This document shows, piece by piece, positions 1 through 11,068 of a DNA stretch of 64,000 bases. This DNA comes from Ranitomeya imitator. Its lineage: Eukaryota. Location: positions 195,362,001-195,426,000 of the forward strand of contig NC_091287.1 in the NCBI RefSeq assembly GCF_032444005.1. The letters are read 5' to 3'. The notes beneath the pieces were generated by a model. That model searched no databases, was not told the DNA's origin, and worked only from the letters and a program-made list of their open reading frames with translations. The first letter of the stretch is position 1; the number at the start of each line of letters is the position of its first letter. The translations under genes were made by a program, and so were the position numbers.

Positions 1-460
1 AAAGATATAAATGAGGTATCGCTGTAATCGTACTGACCCGAAGAATAAAACTGCTTTATCAATTTTACCAAACGCGGAACGGTATAAACGCCTCCCCCAA
101 AAGAAATTCATGAATAGCTGGTTTTTGCTAATTCTGCCTCACAAAAATCGGAATAAAAAGCGATCAAAAAATGTCACGTGCCCGAAAATGTTACCAATAA
201 AAACGTCAAGTCGTCCCGCAAAAAACAAGACCTCACATGACTCTGTGGACTCAAATATGGAAAAATTATAGCTCTCAAAATGTGGTAACGCAAAAAATAT
301 TTTTTGCAATAAAAAGCGTCTTTCAGTGAGTGACGGCTGCCAATCATAAAAATCCGCTAAAAAACCCGCTATAAAAGTAAATCAAACCCCCCTTCATTAC
401 CCCCTTAGTTAGGGAAAAATAAAAAAAATTTAAAAAATGTATTTATTTCCATTTTCCCAT

Positions 461-720
461 TAGGGTTAGGGCTAGGGTTAGGGTTAGGGCTAGGGTTAAG
501 GCTACAGTTAGGGTTAAGGCTACAGTTAGGGTTAAGGCTACAGTTAGGGTTAAGGCTACAGTTAGGGTTAAGGCTACAGTTAGGGTTAAGGCTACAGTTA
601 GGGTTAAGGGCTTGGATTACATTTGCGGTTGGGATTAGGGTTAGGGGTGTGTCAGGGTTAGAGGTGTGGTTAGGGTTACCGTTGGAATTAGGGTTAGGGG
701 TGTGTTTGGATTAGGGTTTC
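461..720 (+). repeat. Telomere-like TTAGGG variant array, including ~7 copies of an 18-bp unit TTAGGGTTAAGGCTACAG
   Basis: Directly visible TTAGGG/CTAGGG/TTAAGG hexamers inside the piggyBac-like element. Confidence 0.9.
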
Positions 721-757
721 AGTTATAATTGGGGAGTTTCCACTGTTTAGACACATC

Positions 758-2200
758 AGGGGCTCTCCAAACACGACATGGCGTCCGATCTCAATTCCAG
801 CCAATTCTGCGTTGAAAAAGTAAAACAGTGCTCCTTCCCTTCCGAGCTCTCCCGTGTGCCCAAACAGGAGTTTACCCCAACATATGGGGTATCAGCGTAC
901 TCAGGACAAATTGGACAACAACTTTTGGGGTCCAATTTCTCCTGTTACCCTTGGGAAAATACAAAACTGGGGGCTAAAAAATAAGTTTTGTGGGAAAAAA
1001 AAAGATTTTTTAATTTTCACGGCTCTGCGTTAGAAACTGTAGTGAAACACTTGGGGGCTCAAAGTTCTCACAACACATCTAGATAAGTTCCTTGGGGGGT
1101 CTAGTTTCCAATATGGGGTCACTTGTGGGGGGTTTCTACTGTTTAGGTACATTAGGGGCTCTGCAAACGCAATGTGACGCCTGCAGACCATTTCATCTAA
1201 GTCTGTATTTCAAATGGCGCTCCTTCCCTTCCGAGCCTTCCCATGCGCCCAATCGGTGGTTCCCCCCACATATGGGGTATCAGCGCACTCAGGACAAATT
1301 GCACAACAAATTTTGGGCTCCAATTTCTCCTGTTACCCTCGGGAAAATACAAAACTGGGGGCTAAAAAATATTTGTGGGAAAAAAATTTTGTTTTATTTT
1401 TACGGCTCTGCATTATAAACTTCTGTGAAGCCCTTGGTGGGTCAGAGTGCTCACCACACATCTAAATAAGTTCCTTAGGGGGTCTACTTTCCAAAATGGT
1501 GTCACTTGTGTGGGGTTTCAATATTTAGGCTTATCAGTGGCTCTCCAAACGCAACATGGCGTCTCATCTCAATTCCTGTGAATTTTGCATTGAAAAGTCA
1601 AACGGCGCTCCTTCCCTTCCGAGCTCTACCATGCGCCCAAACAGTGGTTTACCCCCACATATGGGGTATCAGCGTACTCAGGACAAATTGTACAACAACT
1701 TTTTGGTTCCAATTTCTTTTCTTACCATTGGGAAAATAAAAAATTGGGGCGAAAAGATATAATTTTTGTGAAAAAAATTTTTTTTTTTTATTTTTACGGT
1801 TCTGCATTATAAACTTCTGTGAAGCACTTGGTGGGTCAAAGTGCTCACCACACCTCTAGATAAGTTCCTTAGGGGGTCTACTTTCCAAAATGGTGTCACT
1901 TGTGGGGGGTTTCAATGTTTAGGCACATCAGTGGCTCTCCAAACGCAACATGGCGTCCCATCTCAATTCCAGTCAATTTTGCATTAAAAAGTCAAATGGC
2001 GCTCCTTCGCTTCCAAGCTCTGTCATGCGCCCAAACAGTGGTTTACCTCCACTTATGGGGTATCGGCGTACTCAGGACAAATTGTACAACAAGGTTTGGG
2101 GTCCATTTTCTCCTGTAACTCTTGGCAAAATAAAACAAATTGGAGCTGAAGTAAATTTTTTGTGAAAAAAGTTAAATGTTCATTTTTATTTAAACATTCC
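758..2200 (+). repeat. Four tandem ~390-bp internal units of the piggyBac-like element
   Basis: The CCCCACATATGGGGTATC motif recurs at about 876, 1263, 1653 and 2047, each with the same flanking blocks. Confidence 0.85.
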
Positions 2201-2480
2201 AAAAATTCCTGTGAAGCACCAGAAGGGTTAATAAACTTCTTGAATGTGGTTTTCAGAACCTTGAGGGGTGTAGTTTTTAGAATGGTGTCACACTTGGGTA
2301 TTTTCTATCATATAGACCCCTCAAAATGACTTCAAATGAGATGTGGTCCCTAAAATAAAATGGTGTTGTAAAAATGAGAAATTGCTGGTCAACTTTTAAC
2401 CCTTATAACTCCCTAACAAAAAAAAATTTTGGTTCCAAAATTGTGCTGATGTAAAGTAGACATGTGGGAAATGTTACTTA

Positions 2481-2786
2481 GGCTACGTTCACACTAGCGT
2501 TGTGCGCCGCTGCGTCGGCGACGCACAACGCACCGAAAAACGCGTGCTGCGTTTTTCGACGCGTGCGTCGTTTTTTGACGAAAATCGGACGCAAGAAAAA
2601 TGCAACTTGTTGCGTTTTCTTGGTCCGACGCTAGCGTAAAAAAAGACGCACGTGTCGGAAAACGCAACAAGCAAAAACGCATGCGTCCCCCATGTTAAAC
2701 ATAGGGGCGCATGACGCGTGCGTCGCCGCTGCGTCGCCCGACGCTAGCGCGACGCACACTAGCCGAACGCTAGTGTGAACGTAGCC
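2481..2786. mobile_element. PIF/Harbinger-type MITE
   Basis: TIR GGCTACGTTCACACTAGCG at both ends, TTA duplication on both sides. Confidence 0.9.
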
Positions 2787-3085
2787 TTATTAAGTATTTT
2801 GTGTGACATATCTCTGTGATTTAATTGCATAAAAATTCAAAGTTGGAAAATTGCGAAATTTTCTAAATTTTCGCCATGTTTCCGTTTTTTTCACAAATAA
2901 AGGTAATATCAAAGAAATTTTACCACTATCATGAAGTACAATATGTCACGAGAAAACAATGTCAGAATCACCGGGATCCGTTGAAGCGTTCCAGAGTTAT
3001 AACCTCATAAAGGGACAGTGGTCAGAATTGTAAAAATTGGCCCGGTCCATAACGTGCAAACCACCCTTGGGGGTAAAGGGGTTAA

Positions 3086-3882
3086 AATAATTTTTAATAG
3101 TGTTTGTGTATTTTTTTAACCCTTTACTAGTATTGGATTAATAATGGATAGGTGTCATAATTGACGCCTCTCCATTATTAATTTGGCTTAATGTCACCTT
3201 ACAATAGCAAGGTGGCATTAACCCTTCATTACCCCATATCCCACCGCTACACGGGAATGGGAAGAGTGGCCAAGTGCCAGAATAGGCGCATCTTCCAGAT
3301 GTGCTTTTTCTGGGGTGGCTGGGGGCAGATGTTATTAGCCAGGGGGGGCCAATAACCATGGACCCTCTCCAGGCTATTATCTGCCCTCAGTCACTGGCTT
3401 TACCACTCTGGCGGAAAAAATTGTGCGGGAGCCCACGCCAAATTTTTCCGCCATTTAACCCCTTAATTTACTAGCTAGAACGGCCAAATTTTGCATATAC
3501 ACACTACTAACATTAGTAGTGTGGAATATGCAAAAAAAAATGGTGATATGAGATGGTTTACTGTATGTAAACCATGTCTCAAATCATGTCGGGTTTTAGG
3601 AAGGAGAAAGCAAAAGCTGGTAATTGAAGTACCGGCTTTAAAGCTGTCTNNNNNNNNNNNNNNNNNNNNNNNNNNNNNNNNNNNNNNNNNNNNNNNNNNN
3701 NNNNNNNNNNNNNNNNNNNNNNNNNNNNNNNNNNNNNNNNNNNNNNNNNNNNNNNNNNNNNNNNNNNNNNNNNNNNNNNNNNNNNNNNNNNNNNNNNNNN
3801 NNNNNNNNNNNNNNNNNNNNNTGTACACATTTATTCTACTGGAAGCTGTCAGTGTGACTTTACTGTACACCGCAATGAATTA
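3086..3882 (+). mobile_element. Host repeat, left part (long Harbinger-ended non-autonomous family); interrupted by Tigger and Harbinger and resuming at 19334-19617
   Basis: Co-linear with the uninterrupted copy at about 32858-33818. The resumed part ends GTGTGAAGCCGGCC+TAA. Confidence 0.75.
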
Positions 3883-6091
3883 CAGGTAGTCCTCGACTTA
3901 CGACGTTGATCTGTTCTAACGCGGCGTCGTAAACCGAATTTCGACGTAAGTCGGACCATACGTTTATACAGTAATGTACCATAATAACATTATCAATAAA
4001 CATAGGTACAGTCAAATATTGTGCAGTACAGTACGTTTAATAATGAAATACTGTACTGTAAGTGCTGTAACAGTAATAAACAGTGTAATAAACAAAGATA
4101 ACAATTCCAAAGAGAGAGCAGGCTTATTGGGAGGAAGCTGCAGAAGGTGCTGGAGATACTGGGGGAGGTGAGTCAGGAGAGGCAGGTGAGTCAAGAGGGG
4201 CAGCTGAGGTAGAGGGTACAGGATCTGTTGCAGGCCTCTCTACCTTCTTGAAGTACCGCTGCAGGTTAGTTTGGATGGAGACCATCTTCTTCTCCTCCAA
4301 GATCTCCTTGTAACACCTAAGGGAATCCATGACTCCTCTGGCAACCCTAGCGTACCTTTCCATGTTGGGATCCTCAGCCTCAAACCTTGACAACCCTTCC
4401 TGTATCAGGGCAAAACCTCCTGCCAAGCCCTGCCTTGTAAATGTCTTAAGTTCTGGGGTTGGTATGTCTTCCTCTTCCTCTATCATCTGCTTCTCCAGTT
4501 GAATAAGGTCATCAGCAGATAACTCCTCTCCATGAGATGCCAGTAGCTCTGTGACATCATCCTCCTCCACCTCCAGATTCATTGTCTTACTCATATCAAC
4601 AACGTTCCTTATGACATTAGTCACTGACTCTTGGACCTCTGTGACATCATTCACAAACCGGGGACACAGTTTTTTCCACACCCCATTCATACTGGTCTGC
4701 TTAACCTCATCCCAGGAATCAGCAATGTTATTCACAGCATCAAGGATGTTGTATGTTTTCCAAAACTCCTTTAGAGTCAAGTCCTTATTCCTTTCAGTTG
4801 CTGCTAAAGCATTACCAATGACCCTTCGGAGGTAGTAGGCCTTGAATGTAGCAATGACTCCTTGGTCCATAGGCTGTATTAGGGCAGTGGTATTAGGTGG
4901 AAGGTAAACCACCTTGACATTAGGGTTAAAGTCATCCAGATGGGCAGGGAGTCCAGGGGCATTGTCCAGAATAAGCAACACCTTAAAGGGGATATCCTTG
5001 GAGGTACAATACCGCTCCACACCTGGCACAAAATGGTTGGTGAACCAGTCATCAAACACTGCAAGTGTCACCCATGCCTTCCTATTAGACTTCCAGATGA
5101 CTGGTAGTTGACCCTTTGAAATGCCCTTGAGTGCCCTTGGATTCTCAGCCTGATACACCAGCATGGGCTTCAGTTTGTAGTCGCCAGCAGCATTGCCCCC
5201 AAGAAGCAAAGTCAGTCTCTCCTTACCGACTTTATGACCTGGTGCTGACTTCTCCTCCTTGGCGATGTACGTACGGTTAGGCAAACGTTTCCAAAACAAG
5301 CCTGTCTCATCCACGTTGAACACTTGTTGAGCACAGTAATCACCCTCCTCAATTATCTCAGCCAATGCTTTAGGAAACTCAGTTGCTGCTTTCTCATCAG
5401 CACTAGCAGCTTCACCTTGCACTTTAATGTTATGGAAATTGGCACGATCCTTAAACCTCATAAACCAACCCCTACTTGCCACAAATTCTTCACTTTCACT
5501 TCCTTCCCCCTTTTGTCTTTTCAACGCCTCAAACAGTCGCTTAGCCTTCGCCTGAATAACCATAAGGCTCACAGGTATACGGCGTTGATTTTGGTCTTCC
5601 AACCAAAGCACCAGTAATCTTTCCATCTCAATAATAAGACCACTACGCTGCTTTGTTATCACTGTCGCTTTCATAGGAGCAGATCCTTTCACATGTTCAA
5701 GGATACGATCTTTATCCTTGATAATCGTAGCGACAGTCGAACGACTAAGTCCTAATGACCTGCCAATTTCTGTTGGTGTTTCCCCCTTATCAGATCGCCT
5801 TATGATATCCACTTTCACCTCCATGGTGATGGCCTTCCTTTTCTTTGATGCACTGGTATCAGATGAGTCTTCCTTACGTTTGGGAGCCATAATGAAGGGT
5901 GTAATGGCGTGCAGGAGACTTGTTTTCCTCTGTAACCGGGTGCAGTGTACAGTACTGGACGCTATTGCTCCGCCCCTGCACGTAGTTCGACTTACGACTC
6001 AAAACCGCGTAAGTCGGAACGAGGCGTCGTATAAAGCGTCGTAAAGACGAAACGTCGTAACCCGAGACCGTCGTAAACCGAGGACTAACTG
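3883..6091 (-). mobile_element. Full-length Tigger/pogo DNA transposon
   Basis: TIRs CAGGTAGTCCTCGACTTACGAC / CAGTTAGTCCTCGGTTTACGAC, TA duplication (3881-82, 6092-93). The empty site GAATTACCGGC is seen in the paralogous repeat near 33516. Confidence 0.95.
4124..5890 (-). CDS. Tigger-family (TIGD1-like) transposase, 588 aa, uninterrupted
   Basis: N-terminal psq-type and CENP-B-type HTH regions. DDD motifs FNVDETGLFW, LILDNAPG and IQPMDQGVI are all present. Confidence 0.95.
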   Translation of the reverse strand: MAPKRKEDSSDTSASKKRKAITMEVKVDIIRRSDKGETPTEIGRSLGLSRSTVATIIKDKDRILEHVKGSAPMKATVITKQRSGLIIEMERLLVLWLEDQNQRRIPVSLMVIQAKAKRLFEALKRQKGEGSESEEFVASRGWFMRFKDRANFHNIKVQGEAASADEKAATEFPKALAEIIEEGDYCAQQVFNVDETGLFWKRLPNRTYIAKEEKSAPGHKVGKERLTLLLGGNAAGDYKLKPMLVYQAENPRALKGISKGQLPVIWKSNRKAWVTLAVFDDWFTNHFVPGVERYCTSKDIPFKVLLILDNAPGLPAHLDDFNPNVKVVYLPPNTTALIQPMDQGVIATFKAYYLRRVIGNALAATERNKDLTLKEFWKTYNILDAVNNIADSWDEVKQTSMNGVWKKLCPRFVNDVTEVQESVTNVIRNVVDMSKTMNLEVEEDDVTELLASHGEELSADDLIQLEKQMIEEEEDIPTPELKTFTRQGLAGGFALIQEGLSRFEAEDPNMERYARVARGVMDSLRCYKEILEEKKMVSIQTNLQRYFKKVERPATDPVPSTSAAPLDSPASPDSPPPVSPAPSAASSQ

Positions 6092-6996
6092 TACCGGCTT
6101 TTCTCGCTAAGTTTAAGCTCACATTTGCGTTGTGCGCCGCAGCGTCGTCGCCGCAACGCACAACGCAAACAAAAACGCTGCAAAACGCATGCACAACGCA
6201 GCGTTTTGCGCCGCATGCGTTCAACGCATGCGTCTCAAAACGCAGCGGGTTTTTGAAACGCACTTGCGTTTTTACCAAAAAACGCAGCGTTTTTAGACGC
6301 ATGCGTTTTTAGTGCAGTGAGTCATTCTTCATCCCCCACCCACAAAAAAAAAGTGTCCACACAATAGATAAGGACCACCAATGGCTAGAAGAGGGTTGGT
6401 GTTATACAAATGTGTATATACCCTGGCAGAGATGAATTCCTCCCATTTTGCTGGTATTCATGATGGAGCGAACCATGAACAGTATCTACATGGATATGGA
6501 GATGGAATTTGCCTTGGCTCATGCCTATGCTGTTGCCTGTTTTAATCAAAGGGAAAGGGAAAAACGGAGATGGATTCGTCGCCGCTTTTGGATACACCCT
6601 ATCGTTGAAGTCCGGGAGAGCCGTGGAGCATACCATTGCTTGTTTGGCGAACTGAATGACAACCGGGAAAAATATTTTTTTTTTTTTAAATTCGTTTATT
6701 AACAACAAAATAAATTGCGTTACAAACAATGTATGTTGGACACATTGAACATGACTTATAGTACTATCAAGTGTACAGTGTTAAGCATGAAATAAAGGTA
6801 CTTATTACTCTTAACCAATGTTATGATGTATTTGTTAACCATCTGTAACATACATATGTAATATATATGTATTAAGTAAAGAAAGAGAAAACCTGTGAAA
6901 CTAAAACTCTCGAATTAGGACTACTTCTACTCTAATTACTAACTAATTCGCCATATATCCCTGTGCCCAACCCCCACGCGCTGCCCCCGACCACAT

Positions 6997-9900
6997 CTAT
7001 AGGGTGAGATGAGAAGAGTTCCATTGACCCCAAATCTTATCAAATTTTCCCGGACAGCCCCTGTTCCGATATAGCGTACGTTCATATGGGATAACAGAAT
7101 TAACCAGGTCAATCCAAGCTCTCACAGAAGGGCAGGAATTTCCCATCCACCTCAGCGCTAGTACCTTACGTGCGAAAAAGAGCACCTCCCGCAAGAAAGT
7201 ACCAATATAATGGTCCCAGGTCTCCTCCTCCCACACTCCAAATATACAAACTAATGGGTCCAGAGGAATAGGGATCAGCAGCAGTGATGTTAACAGTGAT
7301 GTCACCTCTTTCCAATAGCGCAGGATAATAGGACACCTCCATATCATATGAATAAAGTCCGCATCTAGTGAGTGACACCGCATACATTCTGTCGTTTGAA
7401 ACCGACCCATCCTACAAAGTCGCGTCGGGGTTAGATATGATTGATGTATAATATACAACTGAGTCATCCTGTTATTAACTGACGGAGATACTTTAATCGG
7501 GGATTCGAGGATGTCCTCCCATTCCTCCTCATGCAAGTTAGAAAGCAGTTCACTCCATTTTCCTTTAACAGAATTGACGGTGACTGTAGACCCCGAAGAT
7601 AGCAAATATGTGTATAGGGAGGAGATAAGACCCTGAGGGCCCTGCGATTTAAGGATCCCTATCAAGGGCAAAGAAGATATAGCGCGACCTGTACCCATAA
7701 GCCTCAAATATGATTGAATAGCTGACCTTAGCTGTAGGTATCGAAAAAACTGAGACCGCGGTATCTCATATTTATTTTGCAATTGTTCAAAAGACGCGAA
7801 GCTCCCCCCATTATACAGATCACCTATTGAGGAGACCCCACGTTCTATCCAAAAACCAGTTGACGGGTGATTCAATAAAGTAGAGAAATAGCTATTATTC
7901 CACAAGGGCATCTCTGCTATAATATCTACAAATCCTATAATTTTTTTAATTTGTCTCCAGACTGAACGCGCCAGACGGAGCAAGGGTAGCAATCTAGGGG
8001 CACCAGTTTTTTCCGCCTCCAAAAAATTTAGTGGGCAGTCAGCTTGGACCGAGTGAAGTAAGTGATTTTCTGAGTTGGGAAGGCGATTATTGGGCATCCA
8101 CCTATTGAGAGCTCTGACCTGACCGGCCAGATAATACAAATAAAAATCTGGAAGCGCCGCTCCTCCCCCTTGCTTGGGTCTCTGTAGTGTGGATATCTTA
8201 AGTTTGGGCCTAGATTTCCCCCATATAAATGTAGTAAGTTGGGAATTCAGCGCTGCAAAAAAGGACCTGGGTATCAGCACAGCACTATGTTGGAGGCAGT
8301 AATTGAACTTGGGAAGTAAAATCATTTTAATTAAATTAATGCGTCCAGCCACGGATAATGGGAGTTTACTCCAAGTCGCAAATTTCGCTTTAACTAATTC
8401 TAACAGTGGGAGTATATTAAGTTGCAAGTCGAATCTACTACACTGAGAGATGTATATACCTAAATATTTAAAACTGGGTACAACAGGAAGGGGGGAGAGA
8501 GCCCCAAGACCGAGTATTGGAGAATGGGAAAGGGGCATTAACGCGGATTTGTCCCAGTTTATATATAGGCCTGAATATCTACTAAAAATATCTATGGTAG
8601 CGATTACCCGCGGCAGCGTTTCTTCCACTTGATCCATGAATATCACCATATCATCCGCATATAAGCCAATGGTGTCCACACGGCCAGCTATATGAATACC
8701 CTTAATGACAGATGAGGACCTTATTCGTATTGCCAATGCCTCTATTGCCAGGGCAAAGAGGGCCGGGGAAAGGGGGCAACCTTGTCGTGTTCCTCTATAT
8801 AAAGAGAAGGGTTCAGAAATGGAACCATTTATAATTATACGGGCTCTAGGTTTCATATATAGCAGTCCAACCCACTTTAAGAATTTATCGCCAAAGCCAT
8901 ATTTCCTCAAACATGCTATTAAAAAGGGCCATTCAAGAGAATCAAAGGCCTTGGCCGCATCAAGCGATGCCAGTGCCCAAGAGTTATCTGGCACCAGTGA
9001 GCTATATTGGACTATGGATTGGACACGTCTAATATTAATAGATGTATTTTTGCCTGGCATGAAGCCCGTCTGGTCTGGATGTATGAGATTTAATATAATC
9101 GAGTTCAACCTAGTGGCCAAAATTTTAGTGAAGATCTTGTAATCAACATTAAGCAGTGATATTGGGCGATAGGATCCACATTCCAGGGAGTCTTTCCCCT
9201 CCTTTTTGAGTATAATGATATTTGCCTCATAAAAGGTGTCTGGCATACAACCCTCCTCCCACATCCCCCGAAACACCTTCAACAAAAGTGGCGCTAGGAT
9301 ATCACGGTATTTCCTATATAATTCAATGGGGAACCCGTCTGGACCAGGGGCCTTCCCTGAGGCCATATCTGTCAAGGCCTGATCAACCTCCTCCAAAGTG
9401 AACTCAGCGTCCATAAAGGCACGTTGAGCTGGATCTAATACAGGGAATGTCACATCTGATAAATAATCTAAATTTTCCAAAATATCAAAATCACATTTAG
9501 ATGTGTACAATGACTCGTAATAGTTATGGAAACAATGAAGTATCTCCTCTGTTGAGGATACTAATAAACCATCTGATGTTCGGATTTGCAATATAGTATT
9601 GGATACATTATGCTGTCGTACTAGAAAAGCTAAAAATTTGCTAGCCTGGTTTCCCATTTCAAAATAGGATTGGCGGGTAAAAAATAGTTTACGTTTGGAT
9701 TTAGTGTCTATGTATTGGTTATATAATCTCTGGGAGGTTTGCCACTCAAGCTTATTACCATTAGTTGGGTTAGATACATATGCAGACTCTGAGTCTTTTA
9801 GTCGTTGTTCCATCTCATCATCCTCCCTCGAAGTTACCTTTTTAATGTGAGATATTGTAGACGATAGGCACCCTCTTAAATATGCCTTAAGGGCATCCCA

Positions 9901-10770
9901 AAATATGTTGGTACCCTGGAATCCCGAATTAGACGAAATGAAGCATTTCAACTGATCTACTGTTCTGTCCTCAGAGTCAAATAATTTAAGCCAGAATGGG
10001 TTCAGTTTCCAGGTGATGCTTTTCCTGGATTGCCCATAGTTAAGTCTAAGGATTACTGGGCTATGGTCAGATATTCCCCTATTACCATGTTCAATGCTAT
10101 CTACCCATGTTGCTAGCTCCACCGATACAAATATGTAATCTAGGCGGGAAAGAGCGCTTCTGGTAGATGAATGACAGGTAAAACCTTTCACCCCAGGGTG
10201 ACGCATTCTCCATATATCCAACCATCCACTCCCCTCCATAAACAGAGCCAGCTGGGATGGAGCCCGGGAGGTTGAACCCCCAGCCATCCCTTCACCCAGT
10301 CTCAATCTATCCAGGGCGCCATCCATAACTAGATTAAAATCTCCCATACATATAACATTCGCGTCCGGGAAGTTCAGGGCAAAGCTCAACGCCTTTCTGA
10401 GTATAGATATATTAGCTGGAGGAGGGTTATAAAGACACAGTATGACGTACTCTCTAGAGTTAATTAATGCATGAACAAAAACGAATCGGCCCTCAGAGTC
10501 TCTCCTGGCCTCTTTCACCTCCCACCTGACGTCCCTATGGATCAAGAGTGAGACCCCCCTTGAGTAGCTAGTGTGAAACGCGTGTATGGACCATTGTACC
10601 CATGGTTTTTGCATATACCGAGCTGTGTCTCTAGTCAGGTGTGTCTCCACTAGTGCCACTATATGTGGACGGCAGCGTTTGATCAGAGAAAATACCTTAA
10701 TTTTTTTCCGGGGAGACTTAATACCGCGTACATTCCAGGTCATACATATCAATTCAGACCCCATATTCAC
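6997..10770 (-). CDS. L1 ORF2: AP-like endonuclease, reverse transcriptase and C-terminal CCHC region, 1257 aa
   Basis: Endonuclease motifs WNVRG, GDFN and SDHSP. RT motifs YRPISLLN, QGCPLSP and YADD. C-terminal CMRCHSLDADFIHMIWRC. Confidence 0.96.
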   Translation of the reverse strand: MNMGSELICMTWNVRGIKSPRKKIKVFSLIKRCRPHIVALVETHLTRDTARYMQKPWVQWSIHAFHTSYSRGVSLLIHRDVRWEVKEARRDSEGRFVFVHALINSREYVILCLYNPPPANISILRKALSFALNFPDANVICMGDFNLVMDGALDRLRLGEGMAGGSTSRAPSQLALFMEGSGWLDIWRMRHPGVKGFTCHSSTRSALSRLDYIFVSVELATWVDSIEHGNRGISDHSPVILRLNYGQSRKSITWKLNPFWLKLFDSEDRTVDQLKCFISSNSGFQGTNIFWDALKAYLRGCLSSTISHIKKVTSREDDEMEQRLKDSESAYVSNPTNGNKLEWQTSQRLYNQYIDTKSKRKLFFTRQSYFEMGNQASKFLAFLVRQHNVSNTILQIRTSDGLLVSSTEEILHCFHNYYESLYTSKCDFDILENLDYLSDVTFPVLDPAQRAFMDAEFTLEEVDQALTDMASGKAPGPDGFPIELYRKYRDILAPLLLKVFRGMWEEGCMPDTFYEANIIILKKEGKDSLECGSYRPISLLNVDYKIFTKILATRLNSIILNLIHPDQTGFMPGKNTSINIRRVQSIVQYSSLVPDNSWALASLDAAKAFDSLEWPFLIACLRKYGFGDKFLKWVGLLYMKPRARIIINGSISEPFSLYRGTRQGCPLSPALFALAIEALAIRIRSSSVIKGIHIAGRVDTIGLYADDMVIFMDQVEETLPRVIATIDIFSRYSGLYINWDKSALMPLSHSPILGLGALSPLPVVPSFKYLGIYISQCSRFDLQLNILPLLELVKAKFATWSKLPLSVAGRINLIKMILLPKFNYCLQHSAVLIPRSFFAALNSQLTTFIWGKSRPKLKISTLQRPKQGGGAALPDFYLYYLAGQVRALNRWMPNNRLPNSENHLLHSVQADCPLNFLEAEKTGAPRLLPLLRLARSVWRQIKKIIGFVDIIAEMPLWNNSYFSTLLNHPSTGFWIERGVSSIGDLYNGGSFASFEQLQNKYEIPRSQFFRYLQLRSAIQSYLRLMGTGRAISSLPLIGILKSQGPQGLISSLYTYLLSSGSTVTVNSVKGKWSELLSNLHEEEWEDILESPIKVSPSVNNRMTQLYIIHQSYLTPTRLCRMGRFQTTECMRCHSLDADFIHMIWRCPIILRYWKEVTSLLTSLLLIPIPLDPLVCIFGVWEEETWDHYIGTFLREVLFFARKVLALRWMGNSCPSVRAWIDLVNSVIPYERTLYRNRGCPGKFDKIWGQWNSSHLTL

Positions 10771-11068
10771 GTATTAAAATATAACAAAATACGAAAAAAG
10801 GGATTGCTGTCCAGGTAAGGCCCAGGGGCAACACGCGACGGGAGAGAGGACCATTGATGGCGAATTCTACCTATAGAACAGATTAAACAAACATAAAAAA
10901 ACATGGAAAAAAGAACAATGCAAAAAACAAACATTGTAGGAGTATAGTCTCGTACTCCCGTTAGTAAACAAATTCGGGGATACTCTCGCCAAACTCAGCG
11001 TCCAGTATCGTTGTTATGTCAGACATCCACATAGAGAGCTCTATTATGCATATACCCGCACCCGTACA

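Larger units (their letters stand above)
1..3081 (+). mobile_element. Non-autonomous piggyBac-like element, right part; left end lies outside the window
   Basis: Ends ...GGTAAAGGGG followed by TTAA (3082-3085), a piggyBac-type CCCC terminus and TTAA target. No transposase ORF. Related copies at 29804-32860, 34599-35230, 53790-57033 and 58825-60419. Confidence 0.75.

Noticed and set aside
461-720. True telomere or chromosome end
   Set aside because: The tract is short, degenerate, internal, and repeated as part of a transposon.
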